Below are positions 1 to 10,193 of a stretch of 32,000 nucleotides of DNA, one piece after another; within the stretch, counting starts at the first letter, position 1, and each line of letters opens with the position of its first letter. The notes under the pieces are model-generated. The model searched no databases. It had not been told where the DNA came from and worked only from the letters and a program-made list of their open reading frames with translations. Position numbers and translations under genes: made by a program. Source of the DNA: Fastidiosibacter lacustris (lineage in GTDB: Bacteria; Pseudomonadota; Gammaproteobacteria; Francisellales; Francisellaceae); contig NZ_QLIR01000015.1 in NCBI RefSeq assembly GCF_003428155.1, positions 14,003 to 46,002 of the forward strand, in the 5' to 3' direction.

Positions 1-1
1 G

Positions 2-262
2 ATTGAGGTAGTTAACCGCTCAGTAAATGATACTTTGTCACGCACGATTATGACCTCAGGCTTAACATTGCTAGTGGTGGTTGTACTTTATTTCTTTGGT
101 GGACCTTCATTACACGAATTTTCTTTAGCATTAATTCTCGGTGTGATCGTTGGAACTTACTCCTCAATTTATGTTGCAGGTGTATTAGCTGTCCTGTTTG
201 GTCTTAAACGTGAATCTTTACTGCCACCACAAAAGTTAGCTGATAGCGATAGGAATGAATGA
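2..262 (+). CDS. secF: Protein translocase subunit SecF, C-terminal fragment (5' truncated by window edge)
   Basis: Frame 2 reads IEVVNRSVNDTLSRTIMTSGLTLLVVVVLYFFGG...GVIVGTYSSIYVA, a characteristic SecF C-terminus. Confidence 0.9.
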   Translation: MEVVNRSVNDTLSRTIMTSGLTLLVVVVLYFFGGPSLHEFSLALILGVIVGTYSSIYVAGVLAVLFGLKRESLLPPQKLADSDRNE

Positions 263-511
263 GATCATTTCGTAAAATTCAATCATATGGCAGTGTTAAG
301 TTATTTAAACCCTACTATCGTTCAATGATGATTATTTAATAACACAAGAACAAAAGCAACATGTTATTTCACACCTTTTTATGCTTTTATAATAGCTAAT
401 GAACTGACTAATTTTGTCATAATAAGTAATCAATTTGTGCTTTTTTTTCAAAGGAATCCAGCGTAAAATGCGTAAAGCCATTTTGCCTTAAACCCAACGC
501 AGATACATTTC

Positions 512-1846
512 ATGAAATATTTTGCTTTAAAAGCGCTAAAAAAGGATAAAATCTTTACTGAATCCCGTAAGCTTATGTCTTTTTCGTCGTGGCGTAGGCG
601 TTTGATTTTCTGGGGTGGAGCGATTTTGGTAGGTCTGATATGCGTATTATTTGCCTATGTTTGTGACAATTTAAATGATAGCTTTAATGCACTTAGCCAA
701 GCTCACCCTTATTGGCCACTTTTCATTATGCCAATTGGTTTTATGGTTATTATTTACTTATTAAAAACATATTTTGATGGTGCAGAAGGCAGTGGTATTC
801 CACAAGTGATAACGGCCTTAAAAGTTAAAAATATGCAACGACGTAGCAGGCTTGTTTCGATGCGTATTGCCTTAGGGAAGTTTATGTTGACAGCACTAGG
901 CTTTTTAAGTGGTGCATCGATTGGTCGAGAAGGACCAACAATTCAATTGAGTGCATCAGTGATGCACTTTTTAGGTCGATTAGAAAAATTTAATCGTGAA
1001 GATACCGAGAAAGGTTTGTTATTAGCAGGTGGTGCAGCTGGAATTGCAGCAGCCTTTAATGCACCATTAGCCGGAGTTGTGTTTGCAATCGAAGAGCTTG
1101 CTGGTTCATTTGATAAAGGGATTACAGGTACGATGATTACAACAGTCGTGCTATGTGGTTTTGTGTCATTAGAAATCATGGGTAATTATGCTTATTTTGG
1201 TGCAAGTTCTGCTACTTTGGATATTTTAGGTGGTGGTTGGATTATTATAATCGTTGTTGCTGTGGCATGTGGTTTTTTAGGTGGACTTTTTAGTCAAATG
1301 CTTCTAATAATATCAGCAGCATCTATTAGGATTATTCGTAGGTATCCAATTATTTTTGCAGGTAGCATTGGCTTTGTTGTTGCTGTGATTGGTGTACTAA
1401 CAGGTGGTATTATTTATGGCAGTGGTAAAGATACTGCAGTAGCGTTATTAAATGGTTATGATACACATATAACTGCTTTTTTTGGTTTATGGAAAATGAT
1501 TGCGACGTTGTTATCTTTCATTAGTGGTATTCCTGGTGGGATATTTGCGCCATCTTTATCCGCAGGTGCAGGATTTGGACATATGATGAGTTTTTTGTTT
1601 GCAGATAAATATGCGAGTGCAGTGATTTTAATTGGCACAGTTGCTTATTTCTCAGGCGTTGTGCAAAGCCCAATTACGTGTTTTATCATCGTATCTGAAA
1701 TGACACGTAATGTTTCAACAGGAATGCTGTTACCGATTATGTTAGCAGCGCTGTTAGGTACAGCTACCTCAAGAATTGTCTGTAAAGAACCTATTTATCA
1801 TATGTTATCGTTGCGCTATTTAGATAAGTTAAGGGGGGAGAAATAG
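512..1846 (+). CDS. ClC-family chloride/proton channel/antiporter
   Basis: ORF of 444 aa with ClC motifs GAEGSGIPQ, GREGPTIQ and GGIFAPSLSAGAGFG; many TM segments. Confidence 0.93.
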   Translation: MKYFALKALKKDKIFTESRKLMSFSSWRRRLIFWGGAILVGLICVLFAYVCDNLNDSFNALSQAHPYWPLFIMPIGFMVIIYLLKTYFDGAEGSGIPQVITALKVKNMQRRSRLVSMRIALGKFMLTALGFLSGASIGREGPTIQLSASVMHFLGRLEKFNREDTEKGLLLAGGAAGIAAAFNAPLAGVVFAIEELAGSFDKGITGTMITTVVLCGFVSLEIMGNYAYFGASSATLDILGGGWIIIIVVAVACGFLGGLFSQMLLIISAASIRIIRRYPIIFAGSIGFVVAVIGVLTGGIIYGSGKDTAVALLNGYDTHITAFFGLWKMIATLLSFISGIPGGIFAPSLSAGAGFGHMMSFLFADKYASAVILIGTVAYFSGVVQSPITCFIIVSEMTRNVSTGMLLPIMLAALLGTATSRIVCKEPIYHMLSLRYLDKLRGEK

Positions 1847-1898
1847 ACCTTTGGTATTTACATAAAGCTTCGTTACAATAGGGCACTTTTATAAAACG

Positions 1899-2672
1899 AT
1901 GATGTCAATCATGTTTGATTATAATTTATTCAATAAACATTCTATTAAAAACAAACAAAGATTTAGCCAACTAAGCTTTATTAAGCTTGAAATAGGTAAG
2001 CGGTTACTCGATAAGCTTAGTTTTATAAAAATAATTCCTAAAATCATTTATGTTGAGGGATTGAGTGCAGAAGATCTGACAAATTTAAAAGTCTGGTTTA
2101 CAGATGCCAAAATCATAACAGAGTTATCACAACCAGTTGATTTAATTCTTTCAAATTGTTTGCTTCACCTTAATGAGAGCATCGTAAAATGTTTAAAAAA
2201 CTGGCAAAATTGGCTAAAACCGGAAGGGATCATCTTATTTACAAGTTTTGGTAGCACAACTTTGCAAGAGTTAAAAAAAGCCTGGCAATTCATAGATTCG
2301 TATCCCCATATCAATCAAATGGTTGATTTACACGATTTAGGTGATTTACTGCTAAAACAGTATTACCAAAATCCAGTAGTTGATGCTGAAATTTTGACTT
2401 TGTCATATGATAATTTAACTATATTATTTAGCGATATTCGAAGTCTAGGTGAGCCATTAGCCGATACCAAAATGCGCCGTACATTTATAGGCAAAACTCG
2501 TTGGCAGCAATTTATAGCTCGATTGGAGAAAAAAGGGTTAAATATCAGTTATGAAATTATTTATGGTTATGCTTATAAAAGTCGAAAAAGTCTGGCTACA
2601 AAAACAATAGATGGTGAAGCGATGATAAGTTTTGAGCAATTACAGTCTTCCCTTAGAAATAGGAAAACTTAA
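1899..2672 (+). CDS. BioC-like malonyl-ACP methyltransferase homolog with degenerate SAM-binding region
   Basis: The C-terminal half resembles BioC (FTSFGSTTLQELKKAWQFIDSYPHINQM...LSYDNLTILFSDIRSLG...). The canonical GxGxG motif I is absent. Confidence 0.6.
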   Translation: MMSIMFDYNLFNKHSIKNKQRFSQLSFIKLEIGKRLLDKLSFIKIIPKIIYVEGLSAEDLTNLKVWFTDAKIITELSQPVDLILSNCLLHLNESIVKCLKNWQNWLKPEGIILFTSFGSTTLQELKKAWQFIDSYPHINQMVDLHDLGDLLLKQYYQNPVVDAEILTLSYDNLTILFSDIRSLGEPLADTKMRRTFIGKTRWQQFIARLEKKGLNISYEIIYGYAYKSRKSLATKTIDGEAMISFEQLQSSLRNRKT

Positions 2673-2673
2673 T

Positions 2674-3135
2674 TTAATGTTGCGTTTGTTCAGTTGCTTG
2701 TTGTTGAGCAAGTCTTTGCATATAAAGTGCATCGAAGTTAATGGGTGCTAAATTAATTTGAGGAAAGCCACCACGGTTAATAAGGCTGTCGATAGTCTCT
2801 TTAGCATATGGGAACAATGTAGTTGGACAAAATGCACCCAACATTGGCTCAATTTGGTCTTTTGGCATATTTTGTAATGTAAAAATACCTGCTTGTGATA
2901 CTTCAATTAAATATGCATTTTTGTCTTTGTTTTTTACAGTCACGGTTAAGCTGAGTTCTACTTCGTAAACATTCCCACCCTCCAGTTTCTTGGAGTTAGT
3001 GTCTACATTTATATTGGCTTCTGGTTGCCATTGTGCTTTAAATACATCTGGGGTGCTTGGCGCTTCAAATGAGATATCCTTAGTATAAATTTTTTGAATA
3101 ACAAAATTAGGTTTAGCGCTATGTGTGTTTTCCAT
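2674..3135 (-). CDS. secB: Protein-export chaperone SecB
   Basis: FVIQKIYTKDISFEAPSTPDVF...GGFPQINLAPINFDALYMQ is characteristic of SecB. Confidence 0.93.
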   Translation of the reverse strand: MENTHSAKPNFVIQKIYTKDISFEAPSTPDVFKAQWQPEANINVDTNSKKLEGGNVYEVELSLTVTVKNKDKNAYLIEVSQAGIFTLQNMPKDQIEPMLGAFCPTTLFPYAKETIDSLINRGGFPQINLAPINFDALYMQRLAQQQATEQTQH

Positions 3136-3359
3136 TTTGGTTTCCTGTTTAACGAGTCATGATTTATTGAACTATTATGCCTCATAGCATAGCAAAGTCC
3201 AACCACTTTACTGGCAACAAAAATGCTTAAGTACTGTATTTATAATTAACCTAAATTGGCAAATACAATTTATATGTAAAAAAGAGTAAAAGCCATAGAT
3301 TAAATATCACGTTGTGATTGATGGTGATTGGTTCTTAATTAACCTTTTGTATGAGTATC

Positions 3360-6300
3360 CTATGTAGCCGAAGGTACAATCGATTTTTCAAGCTTGGTAA
3401 TAAAGTGATTGATAAATGCAATTCTCTCTTTTGCATGGGGTAATGCTTTTTTTATTAAGAGGTTTTGAGCTTGACTTAACTGAAAATCTTGAGCTTGCAT
3501 TTGGACGATTTTGATCAAATGAATAGGGTCAAATTTAAGTGGTGTAATAAAGCTGATCTTGCCACCACTTGAGTGCATTTCAATTTTTTGAATGCCAATT
3601 GCAGTGGCATTTAGCTTAAGATAAGTAATATCAAATAAGTATTGCCCATATTCAGGTAACAAACCAAAGCGATCAATGATTTCTACCTTAATTTGATTGA
3701 GTTCATCTGAAGTCATAGCGCTAGAGATACGTTTATAGAGTCCTAAACGTGTGTGAACATCAAAAATATATTCTTCTGGAAAAAGCGTTGGAATGCGAAG
3801 TTCAATAGACGCATCACTCTGGAAAGATTGATTAATTTTTGTTGCATCAAATGTTTCCCCTTTTTGTAAAGCATTAATTGTTTTTTGTAATAAATCCATG
3901 TAGAGATTAAAGCCTATGCTTTGGATGTTGCCACTTTGTTCTTTACCTAGCATTTCTCCAGCGCCTCGAATTTCCAGATCGTGATTTGCAAGCATATAAC
4001 CACCACCTAAAGATTGCGTTTCAGCAATTGCTTCTAGCCGCTTTTTAGCATCTTTGGTCAGTGAAACATCAGGTGGTGTAAGTAGATAAGCATAAGCTTG
4101 ATGGTGTGAGCGACCTACTCGACCTCTAAGCTGATGCAATTGTGCCAAGCCAAAATTATCAGCACGCTCGATGACGATGGTATTAACATTAGCGATATCA
4201 ATACCTGTTTCAATAATTGTTGTACAAACTAATATTTGGTAACGATTTTGTTGGAATTCGAACATGACCTTTTCAAGTTCACGTTCACGCATTTGTCCAT
4301 GTGCAACAGCTATTTTAATTTCAGGAAAAATTTGTTGTAATTGCTCTGATTTGTCATATATGGTGATGACACTATTATGTAAATAATAAACTTGTCCACC
4401 ACGCAAGGTTTCACGCATAATCGCTTCACGAATAATGCTGATATTAAACTGCCTTATAAAAGTCTTAACAGAGAGTCGTTTAGCAGGAGGTGTTGAAATA
4501 ACCGATAGATCACGAATATTTGAAAATGCCATGTTAAGCGTACGTGGAATAGGCGTTGCTGTCATGGTTAAAATATCTATATTCGTACGCAGTGCTTTCA
4601 TTTTTTCTTTGTGTGTGACACCAAAACGATGCTCTTCATCAATAATTAATAATCCAAGGTTATGAAATTTAATTTTATCGGATAATAGTTTATGGGTGCC
4701 AATTATAATATCAATCATTCCATTATTGATTTTTTCAATGGCATCACCTTGCTCGCGTGTGGTTTTAAAACGAGATAAAACATCAACATTAGCACCTGTT
4801 TCACTAAAACGGTCACTGAAATTTTCAAAGTGCTGCTGTGCAAGCAATGTGGTAGGTGCTAAAATGGCAACTTGTTTGTTATTGTTGATAGCAATAAAAG
4901 CAGCTCGCATTGCAACCTCAGTTTTACCAAAACCCACATCACCACAAACCAATCTATCCATTGGCTTTTCAGTGATCATATCCTTTATTACATCATTGAT
5001 TGCAATAGCTTGATCAGGTGTTTCTTCAAAAGGAAATCCCTCACAAAAAGCAAGATATTCGTTTTCATTAAAAATATTACCATAGCCTTTTTTAAGCAAA
5101 CGTTTAGCGTAAATATCTAAAAGGTCAGCTGCAACATCATTAATTTTTTTAGCAGCCTTTTCTTTTTCCTTTTCCCATTGATCGGAACCCAATTTACTAA
5201 TTGGTGCATGCTCAAGGTCTGTACCGCTATAGCGACTAACAAGGTGTAAAGCATAAATAGGCACGTAAAGTTTTTCATCATTTTTAAAACTTAAAGTGAG
5301 GAATTCTGTCTCTTGATTGCCGACATCTAATTTGGTCAAGCCATCATAACGGGCAATACCATGTTCAATGTGAACCACAGGACTACCAATAGTGAGCTCC
5401 GATAGATCCTTTAACGCTACAGTTGGAAAATTCTCAATATCTTTTTTTATTTTACGGGAGCGTAAGTTAATTGCACTGTGACTTGCAAATAAATCAAACT
5501 CGGTAATGATAGCGTAGTTTTGATTAAGAATTACTCCTTGCGTAAACGGTGCTACGATGATGATGTACTGCTCATCAGTGGATATGGCTTCCGACCAGTT
5601 AGTGTGGTGATGTAGCTTAAGATGAAGTTTTGTTAGGTTTTCATAAAGTAAAGCTTTACGACCACTGCTTTCAGCGCAGAAAATCACTTTTTTAAACGTT
5701 TGACCATTGAGTAGATCCAATAAATTTTGATAGGGTTCTTTATAGTGATAATGCACATGAATATCTGTTATGGGCGCAGTAATAAGATTATTTGCTTTTG
5801 GCTTATAGTTTTTAAGCCATTTGATGTGGTTAAAGGTTTGAAGTTTTTGATTAAAATCAGTTACTGATAAAAATACTTTATCATATCTCAAAATGGGTCG
5901 CTGATGATCATGAGCCAGTTGGTCATGACGAATGATAATATCTTGATAGTAACGCTCAAGCGCTTGTTGACAGTTATAAATGCTATGAACAATTGTCTTT
6001 TGGGGTACATAATCAAAAATAGTACATAACCTTTCATAAAAAAGTGGCAAGTAAAACTCAATACCACTGATGCTTTGACCTTTGATAATCTGTTGGTAAA
6101 TTTGATTTTGAGACTTGGCGTGTGGTAAAAACGAAAACCAATTTTGTGCAAATTGATCCAAGCTTTTCTTATCTAGGACAAATTCTTGCGTTGGTAAAAT
6201 CTGAATTTTATCAATCAGATTATTTGATCTTTGAGTTTCTAGGTCAATGGTGCGAATGCTGTCTATTTCATCGTCAAATAGATCAATACGATATGCTTCA

Positions 6301-6815
6301 TCTGATCCCATTGGAAAAATATCCAAAATACTGCCACGAACGCTAAACTCACCGCGACTAATAACTTGTGATACATTTTGGTAACCAACTGTTTCTAATT
6401 GACGCTTTTTTTGAGTAATGTCAAGCCGATCACCTTTTTTCATTACGAAACTTTGTTGATTTAAAAAAGATTGTGGGGGTAAGTATTTTAAAAGTGTGGT
6501 GGCATTTGCAATGATAATCAGTTGATCATGGTTTTGGATGCGGTTTAAAGTACTTAAGCGGGAAGAAATAACGTCTTCAGAAGCGGAAAAATGGTCAAAT
6601 GGCAGAATCTCCAAATCCGCAAAATAAACAACGTCTTGAGTTGTTAATAGAAAACTTAGCTCATCATAAAGTTGTAGTGCAAGTTGTGCATTTTCAGTAA
6701 TAACTAAGTGTGTACAAAGACTATTTTGGTTGATATATTCGCTTAACGCTAAAGAGATTGATGTTGTTTGAGCATTAGCGAAAATATTGCGTGTTGTATG
6801 GGGTAACAGTTGCAT
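3360..6815 (-). CDS. mfd: Transcription-repair coupling factor Mfd
   Basis: 1151 aa with CarD-like domain, GDVGFGKTEVAMRAAF Walker A, DEEHRFGV box, TATPIPRTLNM and QLRGRVGRS. Confidence 0.98.
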   Translation of the reverse strand: MQLLPHTTRNIFANAQTTSISLALSEYINQNSLCTHLVITENAQLALQLYDELSFLLTTQDVVYFADLEILPFDHFSASEDVISSRLSTLNRIQNHDQLIIIANATTLLKYLPPQSFLNQQSFVMKKGDRLDITQKKRQLETVGYQNVSQVISRGEFSVRGSILDIFPMGSDEAYRIDLFDDEIDSIRTIDLETQRSNNLIDKIQILPTQEFVLDKKSLDQFAQNWFSFLPHAKSQNQIYQQIIKGQSISGIEFYLPLFYERLCTIFDYVPQKTIVHSIYNCQQALERYYQDIIIRHDQLAHDHQRPILRYDKVFLSVTDFNQKLQTFNHIKWLKNYKPKANNLITAPITDIHVHYHYKEPYQNLLDLLNGQTFKKVIFCAESSGRKALLYENLTKLHLKLHHHTNWSEAISTDEQYIIIVAPFTQGVILNQNYAIITEFDLFASHSAINLRSRKIKKDIENFPTVALKDLSELTIGSPVVHIEHGIARYDGLTKLDVGNQETEFLTLSFKNDEKLYVPIYALHLVSRYSGTDLEHAPISKLGSDQWEKEKEKAAKKINDVAADLLDIYAKRLLKKGYGNIFNENEYLAFCEGFPFEETPDQAIAINDVIKDMITEKPMDRLVCGDVGFGKTEVAMRAAFIAINNNKQVAILAPTTLLAQQHFENFSDRFSETGANVDVLSRFKTTREQGDAIEKINNGMIDIIIGTHKLLSDKIKFHNLGLLIIDEEHRFGVTHKEKMKALRTNIDILTMTATPIPRTLNMAFSNIRDLSVISTPPAKRLSVKTFIRQFNISIIREAIMRETLRGGQVYYLHNSVITIYDKSEQLQQIFPEIKIAVAHGQMRERELEKVMFEFQQNRYQILVCTTIIETGIDIANVNTIVIERADNFGLAQLHQLRGRVGRSHHQAYAYLLTPPDVSLTKDAKKRLEAIAETQSLGGGYMLANHDLEIRGAGEMLGKEQSGNIQSIGFNLYMDLLQKTINALQKGETFDATKINQSFQSDASIELRIPTLFPEEYIFDVHTRLGLYKRISSAMTSDELNQIKVEIIDRFGLLPEYGQYLFDITYLKLNATAIGIQKIEMHSSGGKISFITPLKFDPIHLIKIVQMQAQDFQLSQAQNLLIKKALPHAKERIAFINHFITKLEKSIVPSAT

Positions 6816-6917
6816 TAATATGGGACTTACTTTTCAAATTACGCTATTTTAAAGACTCATGTTAAGGTTCGCAATAAAAGTTACCAAACTCTTAATATTT
6901 AAACAGGAATATAGAAA

Positions 6918-7472
6918 ATGAAAATAAAGCGTTGCCTATGGGCTGAAGATGATTCTGATATGATTGCTTATCATGATGATGAATGGGGCATCCCTTTGTA
7001 TGATGAGCAAAGACTATTTGAGTTTTTATCGTTGGAAGGTGCACAAGCTGGGTTGAGTTGGAAAACGATTTTAAAGCGAAGAGAAGCTTATCAAAAAGCA
7101 TTTCACTGTTTTGAAATCAGCAAAGTGGCATTAATGAGCACTGAAGATATGGAGTTATTACTGACAAATAGTGGCATTATTCGCAACCGTTTAAAGGTTA
7201 AAAGTGTAATTAATAATGCAAGATGTTGGCTTAAACTTAAAGAGAATCTATCTGTGGTTGAGAAATTATGGACATTTTCGCCAGAAAACCAAGATATTTA
7301 TTATCATCAACATGACGTTCCTGCGTTTACAGATGAAGCACAAGCAATGAGTAAATGGCTAAAATTAAATGGTTTTACATTCGTTGGTCCCAAGATATGT
7401 TATGCCTTTATGCAAGCAACTGGTATGGTGAATGATCATATAAAAAGTTGCTATTTGTCACGGACACAATAA
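6918..7472 (+). CDS. tag: DNA-3-methyladenine glycosylase I
   Basis: RCLWAEDDSDMIAYHDDEWGIPLYDEQRLFEFLSLEGAQAGLSW and SYLSRT are typical Tag sequence. Confidence 0.95.
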   Translation: MKIKRCLWAEDDSDMIAYHDDEWGIPLYDEQRLFEFLSLEGAQAGLSWKTILKRREAYQKAFHCFEISKVALMSTEDMELLLTNSGIIRNRLKVKSVINNARCWLKLKENLSVVEKLWTFSPENQDIYYHQHDVPAFTDEAQAMSKWLKLNGFTFVGPKICYAFMQATGMVNDHIKSCYLSRTQ

Positions 7473-8644
7473 GTTACTAAGATTGCAACGATTGACATAA
7501 CTAGAATTAATAGCGCAATGAGTAAATTAGGGGTAATAGGGAGGGTTAGAGCAACGCCACTAATTAAGCCAGCAGCCAATATGTTGAGACAGCCGTATAA
7601 ACTACCAACTGCACCTATACGTGTTTTAAACGTAACAATAGCTAAAGCACTACTGGTTGGGAAGATAATCCCCGCTGAGAAGTTAAAAATAATCACCGCA
7701 ATCATAATAAAGGAAAGGCTAGTTGTGAAAAATATAGCTTGAATCGTGATCAATATTCCAGAGAAGAAAAATAAAAAAATCGCTAGACGTTGAACCTTCT
7801 CAATAGGTATGTATTTTAAGGCAATGCCGTTAATAAACATACCAACAGCAATAAAAGTCTCTCCTACAGCGAAGACGATTGCATAATCGATTTCACTTAG
7901 ACCAAAATAGTATTGAAATAAAAATGCACTTATAGATAAATAAGTAATAATAGCGCTCATAATCGTACTTGTAATTACCATGTTTTTAATAAACACTTTA
8001 TTTTTAATTACCCAAATATAGGTTTGTAGCGATAGTTTAGCTGATAGTCTTTTTTGAGGATTTAATAATGTTTCAATAAGGTAAAAATAAGCAAGACCGT
8101 AGCAAATTAGGCTTAAAATGATAATAAAGACGAAATCTGCACGCCAGTGATATATATGGGCTAAGAATGCGCCTAAAATGGGAGCCAAAGCAGGTGCTAT
8201 GAGTATGCCTATGCTCATAAATGACATAAATCGTGCATAATTGATATCATTTGGAATGACATCACGTAATATAACACGCCCTAAAGACATTGGAGCTGCC
8301 ATTCCAATGGCTTGAAATGTGCGTCCGATCATAAGCATACTAAAATTAATGCTAAAAATGGTAATAAGTGTGCCAACAATGCTAACGGAGAGCCCAAGCA
8401 GGAAAATTTTGCGGCGACCAAAGCGCTCAGATAAAGGACCATATATAAGTTGGGCACAGGCAAACATAATAAAATAGTAGGTGACACTAAAAGCAAGCAA
8501 ATTTGTGCTTGTCCCAAAATCATTACTAATGTTTGGTAAAGAAGGAACGTAAATGTCGGATATAAAAATTCCCAACATTGATGTTACCATAATAATTGTA
8601 ACGAATATTGCCTTGGCAGTAGCCGAGGTTTTCATGTTTAGCAT
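7451..8644 (-). CDS. Bcr/CflA-family multidrug efflux MFS transporter
   Basis: DIYVPSLPNISNDFGTSTN...QLIYGPLSERFGRRKIFLLG; 12-TM DHA1 pattern. Confidence 0.88.
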   Translation of the reverse strand: MLNMKTSATAKAIFVTIIMVTSMLGIFISDIYVPSLPNISNDFGTSTNLLAFSVTYYFIMFACAQLIYGPLSERFGRRKIFLLGLSVSIVGTLITIFSINFSMLMIGRTFQAIGMAAPMSLGRVILRDVIPNDINYARFMSFMSIGILIAPALAPILGAFLAHIYHWRADFVFIIILSLICYGLAYFYLIETLLNPQKRLSAKLSLQTYIWVIKNKVFIKNMVITSTIMSAIITYLSISAFLFQYYFGLSEIDYAIVFAVGETFIAVGMFINGIALKYIPIEKVQRLAIFLFFFSGILITIQAIFFTTSLSFIMIAVIIFNFSAGIIFPTSSALAIVTFKTRIGAVGSLYGCLNILAAGLISGVALTLPITPNLLIALLILVMSIVAILVTYCVRDK

Positions 8645-8814
8645 ATTTTTACCTTATTTATTTTTTATATCTATGTAATTGTATTTTTAATTTGTAATTT
8701 TATTTGAAAATACGTTGATATTTGTAAAATAAAAGTTTAGATTGGGAAAGTCAATCGATTGATGCTTATCATTTATCAAACCTTACACAAGTAAGAAAAC
8801 AAGGAGGAAAAGTT

Positions 8815-8880
8815 ATGAATAGTATTAATAACGATAGCACATATGTACATGGAGAATCATCTGCAAAAGAAATTTGGTAG
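8815..8880 (+). CDS. Possible very small ORF (21 aa): MNSINNDSTYVHGESSAKEIW
   Basis: ATG preceded by a strong Shine-Dalgarno (AAGGAGGAAAAGTT-ATG) and in-frame stop. Not in the supplied ORF track. Confidence 0.35.
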   Translation: MNSINNDSTYVHGESSAKEIW

Positions 8881-8972
8881 TATTGTCTATTAGCTGCATG
8901 TGTGTGAGTTGAAAAACATGTATATATCCAGCACACTTTAAACTAACCACTCAGTATGCATAAGGAGGTATT

Positions 8973-9473
8973 ATGAAAAAGATAATTTTACCCATAACCT
9001 TAGCTTTAATTTCCAGTGAGGTTTTTGCTGACGCTTATGATGCATCTGGGAATTATATTCCAAGTGGTCAAACCACTCCAAGATACGAAACTAAAATGGT
9101 TGTACACAAGTATCAATATGCAGGGCAATATATTAATGACCTTAAATTGGTCAATTTTATAGACTATTATTTGAGCTTATATCCATCGGGGTTAACTGAT
9201 CTTTATTTTAAGGGTTTTTCACCCCAACAGGCAGAAGAGTCAACTGTATATGATATTCAGGAAACTAGTATTATAAACGACAGCAATAAACTAATGACTT
9301 TTAATGAGTTTAAAACTTGGGCTTTGCACAACGTTAGTCCTAATAGTAAAGGGCTGGAAAAGTTACAACAATTAGATGAAGCAACTTTTATACAAAAAGT
9401 TGTTCAAGCGCAACAAATTTTAAACAAAACAAATAATGATGTGATTAGTATAAACACCCCGAAAGTCAAATAG
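8973..9473 (+). CDS. Hypothetical secreted/periplasmic protein (166 aa)
   Basis: Signal peptide-like MKKIILPITLALISSEVFADA; strong SD (AAGGAGGTATT-ATG); no recognised family. Confidence 0.7.
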   Translation: MKKIILPITLALISSEVFADAYDASGNYIPSGQTTPRYETKMVVHKYQYAGQYINDLKLVNFIDYYLSLYPSGLTDLYFKGFSPQQAEESTVYDIQETSIINDSNKLMTFNEFKTWALHNVSPNSKGLEKLQQLDEATFIQKVVQAQQILNKTNNDVISINTPKVK

Positions 9474-9475
9474 CC

Positions 9476-10034
9476 GGTAGTGTCTTACTTTAGCGTTTTA
9501 GATATTTCTACCCCATTCAATACGGTTAATGTAAAGCCCGATAACGGTATCGTGCATTAACTCGCTTTTTGAAAAGCAGATACTTTTCCTGGCAAATTGC
9601 TTTATTCTGGTTCTAAATGTTAAAAATTTGCGTTCAATCTTCTGTGTATTACGTTTCCCTATATCATGATATTCACCGGGAATAAAGCTCCGGTTACATT
9701 TCAACAATCTAAAGGCTTTTTTTATCGTATTAATCACGGTTTTTGTGCTAGCTTTTAAAACACGTGCTATATCTCGTATACCACTACCATTGCTACACAT
9801 ATCAATAATTTTTTCTTTTATCTTGGGCAGCCGACCTAGTGCTTTATATTCAAGTTGAAAGTACTTTCTGCAACCTTGACAGGGATATCTTTGCGTACCA
9901 TTTGGACTAGATTTCAATTGGTTTTTACCTGATTTAACTGTTTTTATTGAGTTGCAATTCCTGTAACGTACATCAATTTTTGCCATTTTTGATTTGGGAT
10001 TATAAAAACAAATGTGCCAGATGATAACACTACC
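9476..10034 (-). mobile_element. Internally deleted IS1-family element
   Basis: Encodes ORF 9498..9986 on the - strand. Short terminal matches GGTAGTGT (9476-9483) and ACACTACC (10027-10034) bound the unit. Confidence 0.75.
9498..9986 (-). pseudogene. IS1-like transposase: InsA part joined to only the InsB C-terminus (DDE core mostly missing)
   Basis: N-term QRYPCQGCRKYFQLEYKALGR...IARVLKASTKTVINTIKKA fused to NTQKIERKFLTFRTRIKQFARKSICFSKSELMHDTVIGLYINRIEWG. Confidence 0.75.
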
Positions 10035-10193
10035 CGCAATTTTAAGTCGAACTCATTTAATGCTAAGTTAAAATATTTTCTTAAAGTAATAAGTTTAAAG
10101 TAATAAGAATGTCATAACAGATGGATTTACATTTAGCTCAAACAGTGATTATATAGCTAGACTCAGAAATAAAGCTAACGTATTAACATAATA

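Noticed and set aside
943-1179. ORF 943..1179 (-) and 1456..1638 (-)
   Set aside because: Antisense shadows inside a well-supported ClC coding region; no motifs.
3009-3206. ORF 3009..3206 (-)
   Set aside because: Out-of-frame shadow overlapping the secB start; the SecB frame is convincing.
4435-6346. Multiple + strand ORFs within the mfd region (4435..4665, 4696..5013, 4872..5120, 6122..6346) and - strand out-of-frame ORF 5888..6151
   Set aside because: All are alternative-frame readings of mfd with no recognisable domains or RBS support.
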